A DNA stretch of 64,000 nucleotides from an uncultured Methanosarcinales archaeon (GTDB lineage: Archaea; Nanobdellota; Nanobdellia; Woesearchaeales; JABIAG01), in NCBI GenBank assembly GCA_964561995.1, contig CAZLQZ010000003.1, forward strand, positions 5,056 to 69,055. The letters are read 5' to 3'. Below, in pieces: positions 38,228 through 48,735 of the stretch; position 1 is the stretch's first letter, and the number at the start of each line of letters is the position of its first letter. The position numbers and the translations under genes are program-made. Below the pieces are notes generated by a model, which worked only from the letters and a program-made list of their open reading frames with translations, ran no database searches and was not told the DNA's origin.

Positions 38228-41173
38228 ATGAATGAGTTACAACTGTGTTTAACTAACAAATGTAATATAGGATGCAAATACTGCCATATTGATAAATCCA
38301 AAATAAAAAACATCAGTTTAAAAGTTGTTAAAAAAACAGTTAAAGAAGCTAAAAAGAACAACATTGAGTACATAAGATTAACTGGAGGAAGTATTTTTGA
38401 ACATGAAAATTTAAATGAGATTATTAATTATATTAAAGAAAGCAAAATTAAAATTATTCTTAACATATCTTCAAAAGAATTACACAAATTATATCATTTT
38501 TATGATATTCTTTTAATTTCTTACTTAGGTGTTGAAGATTTAAAGAAATTAGAACAAAAAGAAGTAATGGGTTGCATCGTATTTCAAAAAAAATGGTTAA
38601 ATCACATTAAAGAAGTAGTGAATTTTGTAGAAGATAATAATTTCGTAAGTTTCTTTTTTTTAAGAGATACAAATGAAAACAGTAAAGAATATTTTAACGA
38701 TTATTGTGAGTTTATTGAAAGAATATGTAGATTGACAGATAAAATTACTTTTGCTAATGCATTCCCATTATGTTACATTTCTTTTAACAATATAAAGTAC
38801 TGTTCGGGAAGTAAGTTTGATAATGGAAACAAAAGAATGTACATTACCCAAGAAGGGAACATTAAAGCGTCATCATATTCTAAAGTATTGGGAAATGTAT
38901 TTGAAGATGATTTAAAAGAAATTTGGCAAGATAATAAAAAGAAAATAAATGAAGACTTTGAAAAAATTGAATTGTGCAAAAATTGTAAAATTAAAGATAT
39001 TTGCAAGGGCGGGATTCATAATGATTTAATAAAAGAAAATGTTTTTGAAAACAATTTTAAAACAAAATTACAAAAAAAGATAATAAAAGTTCTACCAGAA
39101 ACAAATTATAATGCAGATTTAAGACAACTGTATTATGAAAACTCTGATTTTTTTATGAGGTATATTCCCTTTAATATTATGAAAAAAGGAATCACACCAG
39201 AAATAAATAATGAAAAACTATCACTATATGTTCATTTCCCATTTTGTAAAGGTTTTTGTAAATTTTGCAAAATTGAAAAGTTAGAAAAAAGTGAAGAATA
39301 CATTCAAGACCTATTAAAAGATATTGAAAATAATAAAGAACTTATTCAAAATAATAAAATTGAAGCAATATATTTTGGAGGCGGGACACCCCAATTAATG
39401 GGTTTAAATAATGCCAAAAAAATATTTGAAAAACTATTTTCATACGTTAAAGAAGTTAAAGAAGTAAGTTTTGAAACATTTCCTGGTTATTATGATAACG
39501 AATTGTTTAAATATATTAAAAAATATGTAAATAGAATTAGCATAGGAGTTCAATGTTTTAATGATGAAATTCTTAAAAAAATGAATAGAAATTCTTCTAA
39601 AAGAGAAATCATTGATTTTATAAAAAAAATTAAACAACTAGGTTTTGAAACAATTAACTTTGATGTGATTTATGGACTATTTATCAACAACAAAGAAGAA
39701 TTTGAAAAAGATTTTAGAGAAATTTTGGAATATAATCCTGATCAAATTACCTTACAACCCTTACATTTCATTAAAGAAATAAAATATGAAGGAAATATTG
39801 AAAATGAGATTGAGCTAAATAAAACTGCAAGAAAAATATTAAAAGAAAAAGGTTTTAATCAAACAACAGGTGAAGATTTTTCTAAAGGAAAAAAATTTCT
39901 ATATCAAAAAAATCTACTAAATGACAATAATATACTGGGGTTAGGAAATAAAACATTTAGCATAATTAACAACACCCACCTGTGGAAAGAAAATGGCATT
40001 AAAAGTTATAAATCCACCCGTTTTGACCAATTATATAGTCGGTTATTTCTTAAATCAAGAACTTTAAACTTAAATATAGAGGAATTAAACAGCTATGAAA
40101 TTAATTATAAGACAATGTTCTCAGACAGTTTAAAGTATTTATTAAAATTAGATTGGATAATAATTAAGGACAATATAATTACAATAACAAAAGAAGGAAA
40201 AGAGTATGTAGATTTAATATCAAACATATTATCATTAAGTAATTTGGACTATAAAAAATCAATAGATAAAATAAACAAAGTAAAAATAGTAGCCCCAGCA
40301 AGTAATTTGAAAGATGTAGAAGAATATGAAAAATTAAAAGTTGATGAACTATATATAGGTTTAATTGATTCTGATGATAATAAATGGCATCAAATAAATA
40401 AAAGAAATGAAAATAATGCCAATTTTACAAACATTGAAGATATTAAAAAAATTAAAGAAATAAACAAATATTCAGAAGTTTCATTGACTTTAAATGCTTC
40501 TTTTTATAATAAAAAAGGAATTAAAAAAGTTAAAAAACAAATTGAAGAAACTAAAAATTATGTTGATAACTATATAATAGCAGACCCTTCAATAATCCCT
40601 TTAGTTAAAAAAACAGGAAAAGGAATTATTTTAAGTTGTATTTCTGCCACCATGAATTCGCAAGCAGTTAAGTTCTTTAAAGGATTGGGAGTTAAAAAAA
40701 TAATTCTTCCAAGACATCTTAATATTAAAGAAATTAAAAAGATAATAAGTGAAAACAAAGACATGGAATTTGAAGTTATGATTCTTAACCAATTTTGCAG
40801 AAATGTAGATGGTCTTTGTTCAAGATGCCACATTCCAAATGGAGAATATGCATTATCTAATTGTTACATTCCTTACAAAAGCAAAGTAATTAAACTAAAA
40901 GAATGTAACGATGAAACTGTAAAAAAAGTCCATCAAAACATTGCAAATATATTAACTAAATTTAATCCAGAATGTGGAATTTGTTTTATTGAAGAATTTG
41001 AAAAATACGGAATTGATAGTTTGAAAATAGTCGGAAGAGATCACTTAACTGAAAAGAAAATAAAAGACGTTAAACTAATTAAAGAAATTTTGAAAGGTTT
41101 AACTAAAGAAGAATGTAAAGATAAATTTGAAGAAAACTTTGGATTTAAATGCAACAACAATTGTTATTATTGA
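38228..41173 (+). CDS. 981-aa triple-domain fusion: N-terminal radical SAM with a SPASM/twitch domain, central HemN/HemW-like radical SAM, C-terminal peptidase-U32-family domain
   Basis: Domain 1: 'CLTNKCNIGCKYCH' (CxxxCxxC), ending 'CKNCKIKDICKGGI' (SPASM-type CxxCx5CxGG). Domain 2: 'HFPFCKGFCKFCKI' plus 'IYFGGGTPQLM' (HemN GGGTP motif). Domain 3: 'KIVAPASNLKDVEEYEKLKVDELYIGL' resembles the U32 N-terminal 'LLAPAG..E.L..A...GADAVYLG'. TATA 'aaattttataatt' sits ~25 nt upstream, so probably leaderless. Confidence 0.7.
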   Translation: MNELQLCLTNKCNIGCKYCHIDKSKIKNISLKVVKKTVKEAKKNNIEYIRLTGGSIFEHENLNEIINYIKESKIKIILNISSKELHKLYHFYDILLISYLGVEDLKKLEQKEVMGCIVFQKKWLNHIKEVVNFVEDNNFVSFFFLRDTNENSKEYFNDYCEFIERICRLTDKITFANAFPLCYISFNNIKYCSGSKFDNGNKRMYITQEGNIKASSYSKVLGNVFEDDLKEIWQDNKKKINEDFEKIELCKNCKIKDICKGGIHNDLIKENVFENNFKTKLQKKIIKVLPETNYNADLRQLYYENSDFFMRYIPFNIMKKGITPEINNEKLSLYVHFPFCKGFCKFCKIEKLEKSEEYIQDLLKDIENNKELIQNNKIEAIYFGGGTPQLMGLNNAKKIFEKLFSYVKEVKEVSFETFPGYYDNELFKYIKKYVNRISIGVQCFNDEILKKMNRNSSKREIIDFIKKIKQLGFETINFDVIYGLFINNKEEFEKDFREILEYNPDQITLQPLHFIKEIKYEGNIENEIELNKTARKILKEKGFNQTTGEDFSKGKKFLYQKNLLNDNNILGLGNKTFSIINNTHLWKENGIKSYKSTRFDQLYSRLFLKSRTLNLNIEELNSYEINYKTMFSDSLKYLLKLDWIIIKDNIITITKEGKEYVDLISNILSLSNLDYKKSIDKINKVKIVAPASNLKDVEEYEKLKVDELYIGLIDSDDNKWHQINKRNENNANFTNIEDIKKIKEINKYSEVSLTLNASFYNKKGIKKVKKQIEETKNYVDNYIIADPSIIPLVKKTGKGIILSCISATMNSQAVKFFKGLGVKKIILPRHLNIKEIKKIISENKDMEFEVMILNQFCRNVDGLCSRCHIPNGEYALSNCYIPYKSKVIKLKECNDETVKKVHQNIANILTKFNPECGICFIEEFEKYGIDSLKIVGRDHLTEKKIKDVKLIKEILKGLTKEECKDKFEENFGFKCNNNCYY

Positions 41174-41217
41174 AATAATAATTCAATAAAAACTAGAAGA
41201 AATAAAGAAAAACCAAT

Positions 41218-42003
41218 ATGAAATACGGAATAAAAATTAACAACATCGAAGAAGATTTGAAAGGTCTAGACAAATATGATTTTGTTTATTTTGGAAGTGA
41301 ATTCTGTGAAAGAAAAATCCCGAATTTTGAATTTTGTAAAAAAGTATTTGAATTTTGTAATAAAAATAATAAAATACCCGTATTGTTGACTCCTTACTTA
41401 ACTGACAAGGGAATTAATACATTGAAAGATTTAATTTCAAGACTGCATATATTAAAAAAAGATTTTGAAATAACAATCAACGATTTTGGAATGATATACT
41501 TACTAAAAGAATTTCCAGAAATCAAAATTAATTGTGGAAGATTGTTAATTAAAATGAAGAAAGGACCAGAAATTATGTCTGGTGCATTAAATCAAAGTCC
41601 TGAAATGTTTAAAGATTCAAGTTTATCTAATAATTTATTCATAGATTTTATGAAAAATAACGGAATTAAAAGATTTGAAACAGATTTGCCACACCAAAGA
41701 TTAAACTTACCCAATGAAAAAATTACTGCTTATTTGGGAAATATAGTGATTAGCACAACAAGAAGATGTAATTTTATAGATTGTGAAAAAGAAATGCAAT
41801 ACCAAATTAAAGATTGTGAAAAAGAATGTTTAAAATATTGTGTTGTTAAAAATACCGAATTTCATGATGAATTAATATATGTAATGGGTAATGCTGAATT
41901 TTTAAAAAGTGATAAGGATAAAAACAGTATTAACAACGATAATATACTTGAAGGAAAATTTGACCGAATTGTTGAATTTCAAAAAATCACTAAAGTTCTT
42001 TAA
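41218..42003 (+). CDS. Stand-alone U32-family-like protein with Cys clusters, 261 aa
   Basis: 'KYDFVYFGSEFCERKIPNFEFCKKVFEFC' resembles the U32 'ADAVY.GGE.F' region. A second cluster is 'RRCNFIDCEKEMQYQIKDCEKEC'. The call is motif-level only. Confidence 0.45.
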   Translation: MKYGIKINNIEEDLKGLDKYDFVYFGSEFCERKIPNFEFCKKVFEFCNKNNKIPVLLTPYLTDKGINTLKDLISRLHILKKDFEITINDFGMIYLLKEFPEIKINCGRLLIKMKKGPEIMSGALNQSPEMFKDSSLSNNLFIDFMKNNGIKRFETDLPHQRLNLPNEKITAYLGNIVISTTRRCNFIDCEKEMQYQIKDCEKECLKYCVVKNTEFHDELIYVMGNAEFLKSDKDKNSINNDNILEGKFDRIVEFQKITKVL

Positions 42004-42066
42004 TTTTATTATTTGAATTAAAAACAAACAAAACATTTTTATACCTGTTTTATTAAAAAGATATAA

Positions 42067-42891
42067 ATGAAAAATTATCTTAAATATATCTTATTATTCT
42101 TAATATTAATTATTGTAGTAACTTATGGTGTTTATTTTTTTAGCGAAACTCCACAAAAAAAACATCAAGATGTTTATATTAGTTTAAGCGATAATATGTT
42201 TTTACAATTTGAACCTGAAGTTCAAGAAACTTATAACGAATACTTTTCTGAAATAATTTCCTTAAAAAATGCAGAATATGATAAAGAAATTAAAGAATCC
42301 ATTGAAAAAGGAACAAAAGGAATCGAAACTTACAGAAACTATCACATTGTTGAAAAACGATTAGTAGTTAATCTCTATGAAGCAATGATTGATGAACTTA
42401 AAAATGAAGAAGTCGATAAAAATAAAATCGATTTACTTTTTCCAGCAATTGAGCGTCCAATAACTAAAAAAGGTTACATGGTTGGAGACCAACAACAATA
42501 CCTTGCAGAAGTAAAACAATTAGTTAAAGAAATAGAAAATGGAGATAAAAGTAAAATTCCTGAACTTCAAAAAAAATCAGAAGAAGTGATTGTAGTGTGT
42601 TTTGCTAAAGAACTTGCAGATTATGTGAAATTCAAAGAAAGAAATGATGAGTATAGTATGTCAATTGCGCTTTTAGAAATGGTTCTTTATTTTGATGGTT
42701 TAGACCACAGATTTAATGAGCAAGATTCAAAATACATTATGGCAACTAAAGATGCAGACAATCTACACACAATAAACACTACCAAGATTATTAACATTAT
42801 GAAGGCTGAATTCCCTAAATTTGAAAATTATCTTGATGAAAAAATAGAACAAACATTAACTGGCGAAGAACCAGAAGATGATGATAATTAA
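42067..42891 (+). CDS. N-terminally membrane-anchored hypothetical protein, 274 aa
   Basis: N-terminus 'MKNYLKYILLFLILIIVVTYGVYFF'; charged soluble remainder. Confidence 0.5.
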   Translation: MKNYLKYILLFLILIIVVTYGVYFFSETPQKKHQDVYISLSDNMFLQFEPEVQETYNEYFSEIISLKNAEYDKEIKESIEKGTKGIETYRNYHIVEKRLVVNLYEAMIDELKNEEVDKNKIDLLFPAIERPITKKGYMVGDQQQYLAEVKQLVKEIENGDKSKIPELQKKSEEVIVVCFAKELADYVKFKERNDEYSMSIALLEMVLYFDGLDHRFNEQDSKYIMATKDADNLHTINTTKIINIMKAEFPKFENYLDEKIEQTLTGEEPEDDDN

Positions 42892-42959
42892 ATTTCTTTA
42901 AAATAAGGTTTTAGGAAAAAGAAAAGTTTATATATTCTGATATTGAGAGTTAAATCAGT

Positions 42960-45900
42960 ATGGCTTTAAATAAGAAATTGTTTTTGTTATTAATAGTTCT
43001 AATAGTATCTTCATTAAGTGTTAGCGCATATTATAGGGAACTGGGACAAGGTTGCGTTGCAGGAGATTATTATGTTCCCTGTACTGGAGAATGTGAATGG
43101 CAATGTGATGGAAACGGTAACCTCGTTAAAATCTGTCAACAAGCACACGGATGGTGTTTTAATGATGATGGCAACACATGTTATTCTTGTGATTATGTTA
43201 GTGACGCAAATGAAGTTTGTGGAACAATTAATTGTTCTAACTTAAATTATAATGATGAAAGAAGTCAAATGTGTAGCTCGTTAGGAAATTTACTTGAAAC
43301 ACAGCACATATTTTCTTGTAACTCGGCTTTAAAAATGTGTAAAGAAGAACGAAGTGGAGACCCAGTTGAAGAATATTCAGGTGAATGTTGTCCAGCTCAA
43401 GGAATCATTAGTCAAGGATCTGGAACTATTTCCTCAGGACAATTTGATTCTTCATTTGATATGTATATTGATAAAAACCCATCAAATAATGACGAAATTA
43501 ATGGTTTAACTAATGAATTTCATAATGTAATTAATGCAAATAGATTAAAAGTATATTTTGAAGTTAGTTTTGATTCAACAGATAGTGATCAATATCCTTC
43601 TTCAGTTACATTAAGGGCTAGCGGTGACAAAACAACTAATGTGTTCCATCATTCTGCTGAATCATCAACAGGAACATTAAGTTTTCAAGGAATTTTGCCG
43701 AGTGGAACTAAAGAACTTAAAGTAATAAAAGATTGTCCAATTGATGATGGTAATAAAAATTGTCCTCTTGTTTCTTTTTCAGTATCTGTAGAATGTACTG
43801 AATGTGAAGACAAAGCATGGGCTTTTGATTATGATGGAGATGGTTATTATTCATTATTTACTGAAAATTCAAATGATTGTTTACCTCCTTATGAATCAAA
43901 CAGTTGTGAAGGTTTATTTCCTCTTGGTACTTGTTCTGGACCGTGTGTGGCATGTGAAAGTTCGATTTTCTGGACTTCTGTAACTTCAGATGAATTTAAC
44001 AACAAAATAGAAAAAGGATGTGAAGCTTCTGCAATTAGTCAAGATTGTTTAGATGCAGATAATGATGTATTAGATAATCCCGAGACACTTTATTGCGAAG
44101 ATAAAGATAACGATAAATATGGCAATCCAAATAAATGTGAATTAAGAAGTAGTTTAACATTAAGTGAAATCAACTCAAGAAGTATGAAAAAGATTTATGA
44201 TTTAATTGATAAAAATGATTGCGATGATAACTCTGTAACAGGAGCTTCTAAAAACCCAAACTCAACTTATGTATTAGATAATGACAGAGATGAAAATTGG
44301 GGAAGTTCAACAAAAAGTTGTAATGATCCGGATGGAATTGCAAACAAATGGCAATTGTATACTGATCAAGACTTTGATTGTGATGATGATGATGAATTTG
44401 TTTCATTTCCTAAATCTTGCAATTGTTATGATTATCAAGAAGGTTATACTTTAAGTGATAATTATAATAATGATTATTTTTGTTACAACATTACTAAAGA
44501 ATCTAGTACTCTTGCTATAGATGCAAACTCAGAATTTGAAATTAAAACAACACCTTCAAATTTGAAATGGGTTTTAGCAACAAAAAGAAAAGATCAAAAT
44601 GGTGCACAAATAGATTTTGCATGTCCACTAAATACTTGTCCTTTAACTTTAACAACAGAAAAGAAGTGTGTTGAAGTTGGAACCTTTTGGTCAGATGATG
44701 GAAGAGCAGAAATGGGTAACAATCTTTGTGAATTAAAAGATGAAAATGCAGAGTGGAGCTCAAGAATTGCAAAAGCAAGCTCTTTTTTAATTGCAGTAGG
44801 TGAAGCATCCAAAGAAGATTTTGTGGTTCATTGTGATGATTTTGATAACATTAAACATACTTATCAAGCATCCGAATTCCCAAAACCGGAAGATTTTGGT
44901 GTGGCAGATCTTGAAATTGAATGGCAAACATTAACTAATGAACCTGGCAACGTAGGAGAAGGATGTGTTTTAATAATTAATAAAGATTATACTAATGATA
45001 TTTCTTCAGGAAATAAACCAGGAGAAGATTCTCAAATTGTTGCAATAGCAGTACCATTTGTTCAAGATATTGCAGATAACTATCTAAGAATTGATTTTGA
45101 TGACCCTCGTCCAGAAGGTAACTGGTTAGTTCAAGACAGTTTATATGTTCATGAACCCTACAAATTGTTATTTATTTTAGAAGGACAAGGGGCAAACTCA
45201 GACTCATTAAAGGGCTGGTTTAATGAGATAATACAACCAAATAATGCCTTTTTAAACATGATAAGATTTTTAAGAAGTCCATTAAAACACCTTCAAGAAA
45301 TAATGAGTGAAGATCCAAGAATATCATTTTTTCAAGAAAACTCTTTTTTTAAATTTAACAAAATGTTTTTAGGAAAAGAATCAACAACCTATTTTTATTC
45401 AATATTAGAAAAACAATCTAATGATAATAATAAACTTACTGTGAAAATAACAAATCCAGAATATAATGAAGCAGAAAATGAAAAACTAAAAAAATTCATT
45501 TCAGATTCTTGTAATCCTGATAAAGGTTTTTTAAATAATCAAAATTTTGATTATTGTGCAGGAGTTGATAGTATAGAGGGAAACTTTGAAAATACAAAAA
45601 CTACAAACCTGGTTGGAGATGTTGTTGGTTTAACAATAGACGACCTCGATAATTCTGAAGGAAATTATTTATTTAATTATTTAAGCAGAAAAATTAGATT
45701 GCAAAATAATGACGAAGGAACTGCCAAGTTTTACACTTCTCAAAAAGAATGTACTGGTACAGACTTAAACACTTGTACTGAAAAGACTTGTTTTGAAGCA
45801 GTTGATTGTAGCGTAGGATTATGTATGTATGATGAAATAACTGTTTGTGATGATGGAACAGATGGTTGTTGTCCTTATGGTTGTAGCTTTGAAGATAACG

Positions 45901-47132
45901 ATTTAGATTGTGAAGCAGTCAATGAAGTAATTGGTTTTAATGTGAGATATGATAATTCATGTAATGACGATGAAGTTACGCTTCTTAGTATGTCGGATTC
46001 AGTTAATGGTCATGCTTCCTTACCTAATTCACCACAACAATTTAGCAATAAGATTTGTTTAAAACCTGACAAAGGAACTTTTACTGTTAATTCCGGTACA
46101 AGTTGTGCGGGTACAGAAGTTATTTCACTATATCAAACATCAGACAGCCACATCGGAATAAATGGACCACAAAAAATATGTCTTAGTCATTCACAATATT
46201 ATGTTTCTTGTTTAGTTGGAACAATTGAAGAATGCAATAGTTACAATATAATTACAAGTTTAACTGGTGAAACTAACGCTCACATTGGTGAAGAAAAATC
46301 ATATGATACTAAAATATGTTGTAAATTGATAGAAGCACAACCAGCAAAAAGATGTTATTCAAACTCAGATTGTGATGATACCAAATATTGTAATGGTCAA
46401 GAAACTTGTAACTCACAAACAAAAACATGTAATCCAGTTACACCTGTTGATTGCTCAAATAATAACATAGATGAAATTGAAGAATGTGATTATAATCCTG
46501 ACGGAATCAGCGCAACCATGGATTCTTTCCCTGCTTTCACTTCACAATGTGATGAAAGTATTGATGCATGTACTTCGACTCCTATTGAAATAACAAGCAC
46601 ATGCGATACTTCTTGCGATGCTCAATGTGTTGCAAATGCTGATTGTGATGATGAAGATGATTCCACTACAGATATATGTGAAAATGATTGTGTTTGTTCA
46701 AACATGAATACAGTTCATTTAATAGATGGTTGGAACTCATTATCTTTTCCAAGTAATACTCAAATAACAGTAAATGAACTTGAAGAACAATGTCCAGAGG
46801 TTACAGGTTCAATATGGTATTTTGAATCCAGTTCATACAAAGAAGAAGAAGTGAAATTTAACCCTGAAAACGGCTATTGGATTTATTCAAAATCAGAATG
46901 TGACTTTAAAATGATTTTTGATTATGATTTCGAGGATGTTAGTTTAGAATCTGGTTGGAACTTTATTGGATCTGATTCTCAATTAGAAAGTCTTAATTCT
47001 ATTTATAGACAAGAAATTGTTGGTCCAGGATGGGTTTACAATGGTGAAACATACGAAAGTACTGAAGATTTAATACCTGGAAAAGGAACTTGGGTAACAA
47101 CAGCAGGTGGAAGTCCACCGTCGAGTCCTTAA
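42960..47132 (+). CDS. Giant (1,390 aa) secreted Cys-rich surface protein with a duplicated ~60-aa W/Y-rich C-terminal module
   Basis: Sec signal 'MALNKKLFLLLIVLIVSSLSVSA|YY'. More than 90 Cys. C-terminal repeats 'DGWNSLSFPS...GSIWYFE...NGYWIY' and 'SGWNFIGSDS...GPGWVYNGETY...GTWVT'. No C-terminal TM. Confidence 0.75.
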   Translation: MALNKKLFLLLIVLIVSSLSVSAYYRELGQGCVAGDYYVPCTGECEWQCDGNGNLVKICQQAHGWCFNDDGNTCYSCDYVSDANEVCGTINCSNLNYNDERSQMCSSLGNLLETQHIFSCNSALKMCKEERSGDPVEEYSGECCPAQGIISQGSGTISSGQFDSSFDMYIDKNPSNNDEINGLTNEFHNVINANRLKVYFEVSFDSTDSDQYPSSVTLRASGDKTTNVFHHSAESSTGTLSFQGILPSGTKELKVIKDCPIDDGNKNCPLVSFSVSVECTECEDKAWAFDYDGDGYYSLFTENSNDCLPPYESNSCEGLFPLGTCSGPCVACESSIFWTSVTSDEFNNKIEKGCEASAISQDCLDADNDVLDNPETLYCEDKDNDKYGNPNKCELRSSLTLSEINSRSMKKIYDLIDKNDCDDNSVTGASKNPNSTYVLDNDRDENWGSSTKSCNDPDGIANKWQLYTDQDFDCDDDDEFVSFPKSCNCYDYQEGYTLSDNYNNDYFCYNITKESSTLAIDANSEFEIKTTPSNLKWVLATKRKDQNGAQIDFACPLNTCPLTLTTEKKCVEVGTFWSDDGRAEMGNNLCELKDENAEWSSRIAKASSFLIAVGEASKEDFVVHCDDFDNIKHTYQASEFPKPEDFGVADLEIEWQTLTNEPGNVGEGCVLIINKDYTNDISSGNKPGEDSQIVAIAVPFVQDIADNYLRIDFDDPRPEGNWLVQDSLYVHEPYKLLFILEGQGANSDSLKGWFNEIIQPNNAFLNMIRFLRSPLKHLQEIMSEDPRISFFQENSFFKFNKMFLGKESTTYFYSILEKQSNDNNKLTVKITNPEYNEAENEKLKKFISDSCNPDKGFLNNQNFDYCAGVDSIEGNFENTKTTNLVGDVVGLTIDDLDNSEGNYLFNYLSRKIRLQNNDEGTAKFYTSQKECTGTDLNTCTEKTCFEAVDCSVGLCMYDEITVCDDGTDGCCPYGCSFEDNDLDCEAVNEVIGFNVRYDNSCNDDEVTLLSMSDSVNGHASLPNSPQQFSNKICLKPDKGTFTVNSGTSCAGTEVISLYQTSDSHIGINGPQKICLSHSQYYVSCLVGTIEECNSYNIITSLTGETNAHIGEEKSYDTKICCKLIEAQPAKRCYSNSDCDDTKYCNGQETCNSQTKTCNPVTPVDCSNNNIDEIEECDYNPDGISATMDSFPAFTSQCDESIDACTSTPIEITSTCDTSCDAQCVANADCDDEDDSTTDICENDCVCSNMNTVHLIDGWNSLSFPSNTQITVNELEEQCPEVTGSIWYFESSSYKEEEVKFNPENGYWIYSKSECDFKMIFDYDFEDVSLESGWNFIGSDSQLESLNSIYRQEIVGPGWVYNGETYESTEDLIPGKGTWVTTAGGSPPSSP

Positions 47133-47141
47133 TTAAATTTC

Positions 47142-47384
47142 TTAATAAGAACTATGATTTGCATGTCTAATAAAATTTTCTTCATAATTAGCAGTCCAAT
47201 CACTAGTTTCAACAGCAGAAACACTTGTTGCAAATAAAGTAGTAGCAGCAATTAAACTTAAAGAAACTACGGCCTTTTTACTTATTTTTCCTTCTTCGTT
47301 TGAAAGAAACATACCGACCTTCTTTTTAATCTTAGGCAAATTCATAATAGTTAAAATAATAATATTATATTTAAACTTTTCCAT
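47142..47384 (-). CDS. Small ORF immediately downstream of the SPASM rSAM: hydrophobic leader plus 23-aa polar tail; candidate precursor or secreted peptide
   Basis: 'MNLPKIKKKVGMFLSNEEGKISKKAVVSLSLIAATTLFATSVSA|VETSDWTANYEENFIRHANHSSY'. It overlaps the rSAM stop by 14 nt. Confidence 0.4.
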   Translation of the reverse strand: MEKFKYNIIILTIMNLPKIKKKVGMFLSNEEGKISKKAVVSLSLIAATTLFATSVSAVETSDWTANYEENFIRHANHSSY

Positions 47385-48735
47385 CTAACCATTGCATAAA
47401 TACTTCTTTAGACTTTAAATCTCGCAACTTTTCAAAAATATAATCAAATTGAGCCATATGTAATTTGCACCAATTGCTAGTAGGAATACAACCTATTATA
47501 GACCCCTGGTCTGCATAATTTAAAACAGGACATACACCACAAAACGGCTTATAAACACAACTATTACAAACATAAGAGTCATTTATTGAACTACTAATGA
47601 TTGTTTTAGCTTTGTCTGAAGTTGTTAAATTCTTTAATTTATCTTTACAACTTCCAATACAAAACAAATCATCATTTAACATCCTGCCTTCATCGCAAGT
47701 ATAAATTTTACCATCATAATTGTATAAAACTTGCCCAATTATTGCACCACAGGGACTTCTTAAATCCAAATAATTAGGTTCCTTACCAAATATCTTTTGA
47801 AGAATTATTAATGCTTTTCTTTCTTTAATATTAATACCCTCAATATTCTTTTGAATTATATAATCAACAGACTTTTTCCAAAATTCAATGAATTCTTCAA
47901 CACTATAATAAATATCAACATTATCTCTTGCATCACCTAATCTGTTAAGATTTCTTAAATGGATAGATAATATATTATTTTTGATATATTCATCAATAAT
48001 TTCTTTATAGTAATTTAATGAGTCTTTAGTTACTGTAACTAAAGCATCAATATGATTGATTTTTTTAATCCATTTTATAGTTTCACTATATTGGAAACGG
48101 TTTTTATTATGAATTAATTCTGGACCATCTAATGAAGTACAAATTCCCACATTATTTTTCACTAAAAAATCTAATTTTTCATCAGTCATCAAAACAAGAT
48201 TTGATACTAATGAGAATTTGATATTTTTATCTTGTTTTCTTTTGTTTACTTCATCAATAATATGTTTTAATACTTCGAAATTCAATAATGGTTCCCCACC
48301 TTGAAACTCAATATTTAAACTGTTAGAATTTGATTGAAAAATTAAATCAATTACTTTGTTAGCAGTTTCAACAGTCATATCATAATTTGCTTCATTAACT
48401 GGTTTAGAACTTGCATGACAATATACACAATTGTGATTACATCTTAAAGATAAAATAATTATATGTAAAGATGGACCATTGAACAAAAATTGTTTTGATT
48501 TTCTTAAATCTTTTTTGATTTGTTCTTTATTATTGTCAGTTATAATTAATCCTTTTTCTTCTAATTGATTCAAAGTTTCACTAGAGAGATTATTTAACTC
48601 ATTTTTATCTATAAACATCCAACTACCTTGATCTGAAGTTAACAAATAATCGTCTTTTAAATTACCTTTTACATATAATTTACTTTTATAATTCTTTATC
48701 ATTTTGTAGTGCCAACACATAATTGCAAAATTCAT
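47371..48735 (-). CDS. Radical SAM/SPASM-domain peptide-maturase-like protein with a ~80-aa N-terminal extension (possible RRE)
   Basis: 'LRCNHNCVYCHAS' (CxxxCxxC), 'IEFQGGEPLLN', and a C-terminal Cys-rich SPASM region 'CNSCVYKPFCGVCPV...GCIPTSNWC'. The true start may be an internal Met (M12 or M40). Confidence 0.75.
   Translation of the reverse strand: MNFAIMCWHYKMIKNYKSKLYVKGNLKDDYLLTSDQGSWMFIDKNELNNLSSETLNQLEEKGLIITDNNKEQIKKDLRKSKQFLFNGPSLHIIILSLRCNHNCVYCHASSKPVNEANYDMTVETANKVIDLIFQSNSNSLNIEFQGGEPLLNFEVLKHIIDEVNKRKQDKNIKFSLVSNLVLMTDEKLDFLVKNNVGICTSLDGPELIHNKNRFQYSETIKWIKKINHIDALVTVTKDSLNYYKEIIDEYIKNNILSIHLRNLNRLGDARDNVDIYYSVEEFIEFWKKSVDYIIQKNIEGINIKERKALIILQKIFGKEPNYLDLRSPCGAIIGQVLYNYDGKIYTCDEGRMLNDDLFCIGSCKDKLKNLTTSDKAKTIISSSINDSYVCNSCVYKPFCGVCPVLNYADQGSIIGCIPTSNWCKLHMAQFDYIFEKLRDLKSKEVFMQWLDGKV

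Noticed and set aside
38773-40833. Minus-strand ORFs inside the 981-aa rSAM fusion gene
   Set aside because: Antisense hydrophobic artefacts of a Lys/Glu/Ile-rich coding region.
43018-44812. ORFs 43018..43245, 44542..44808 and 44594..44812 inside the 1,390-aa gene
   Set aside because: Overlapping alternative frames or antisense of a well-supported secreted-protein ORF.
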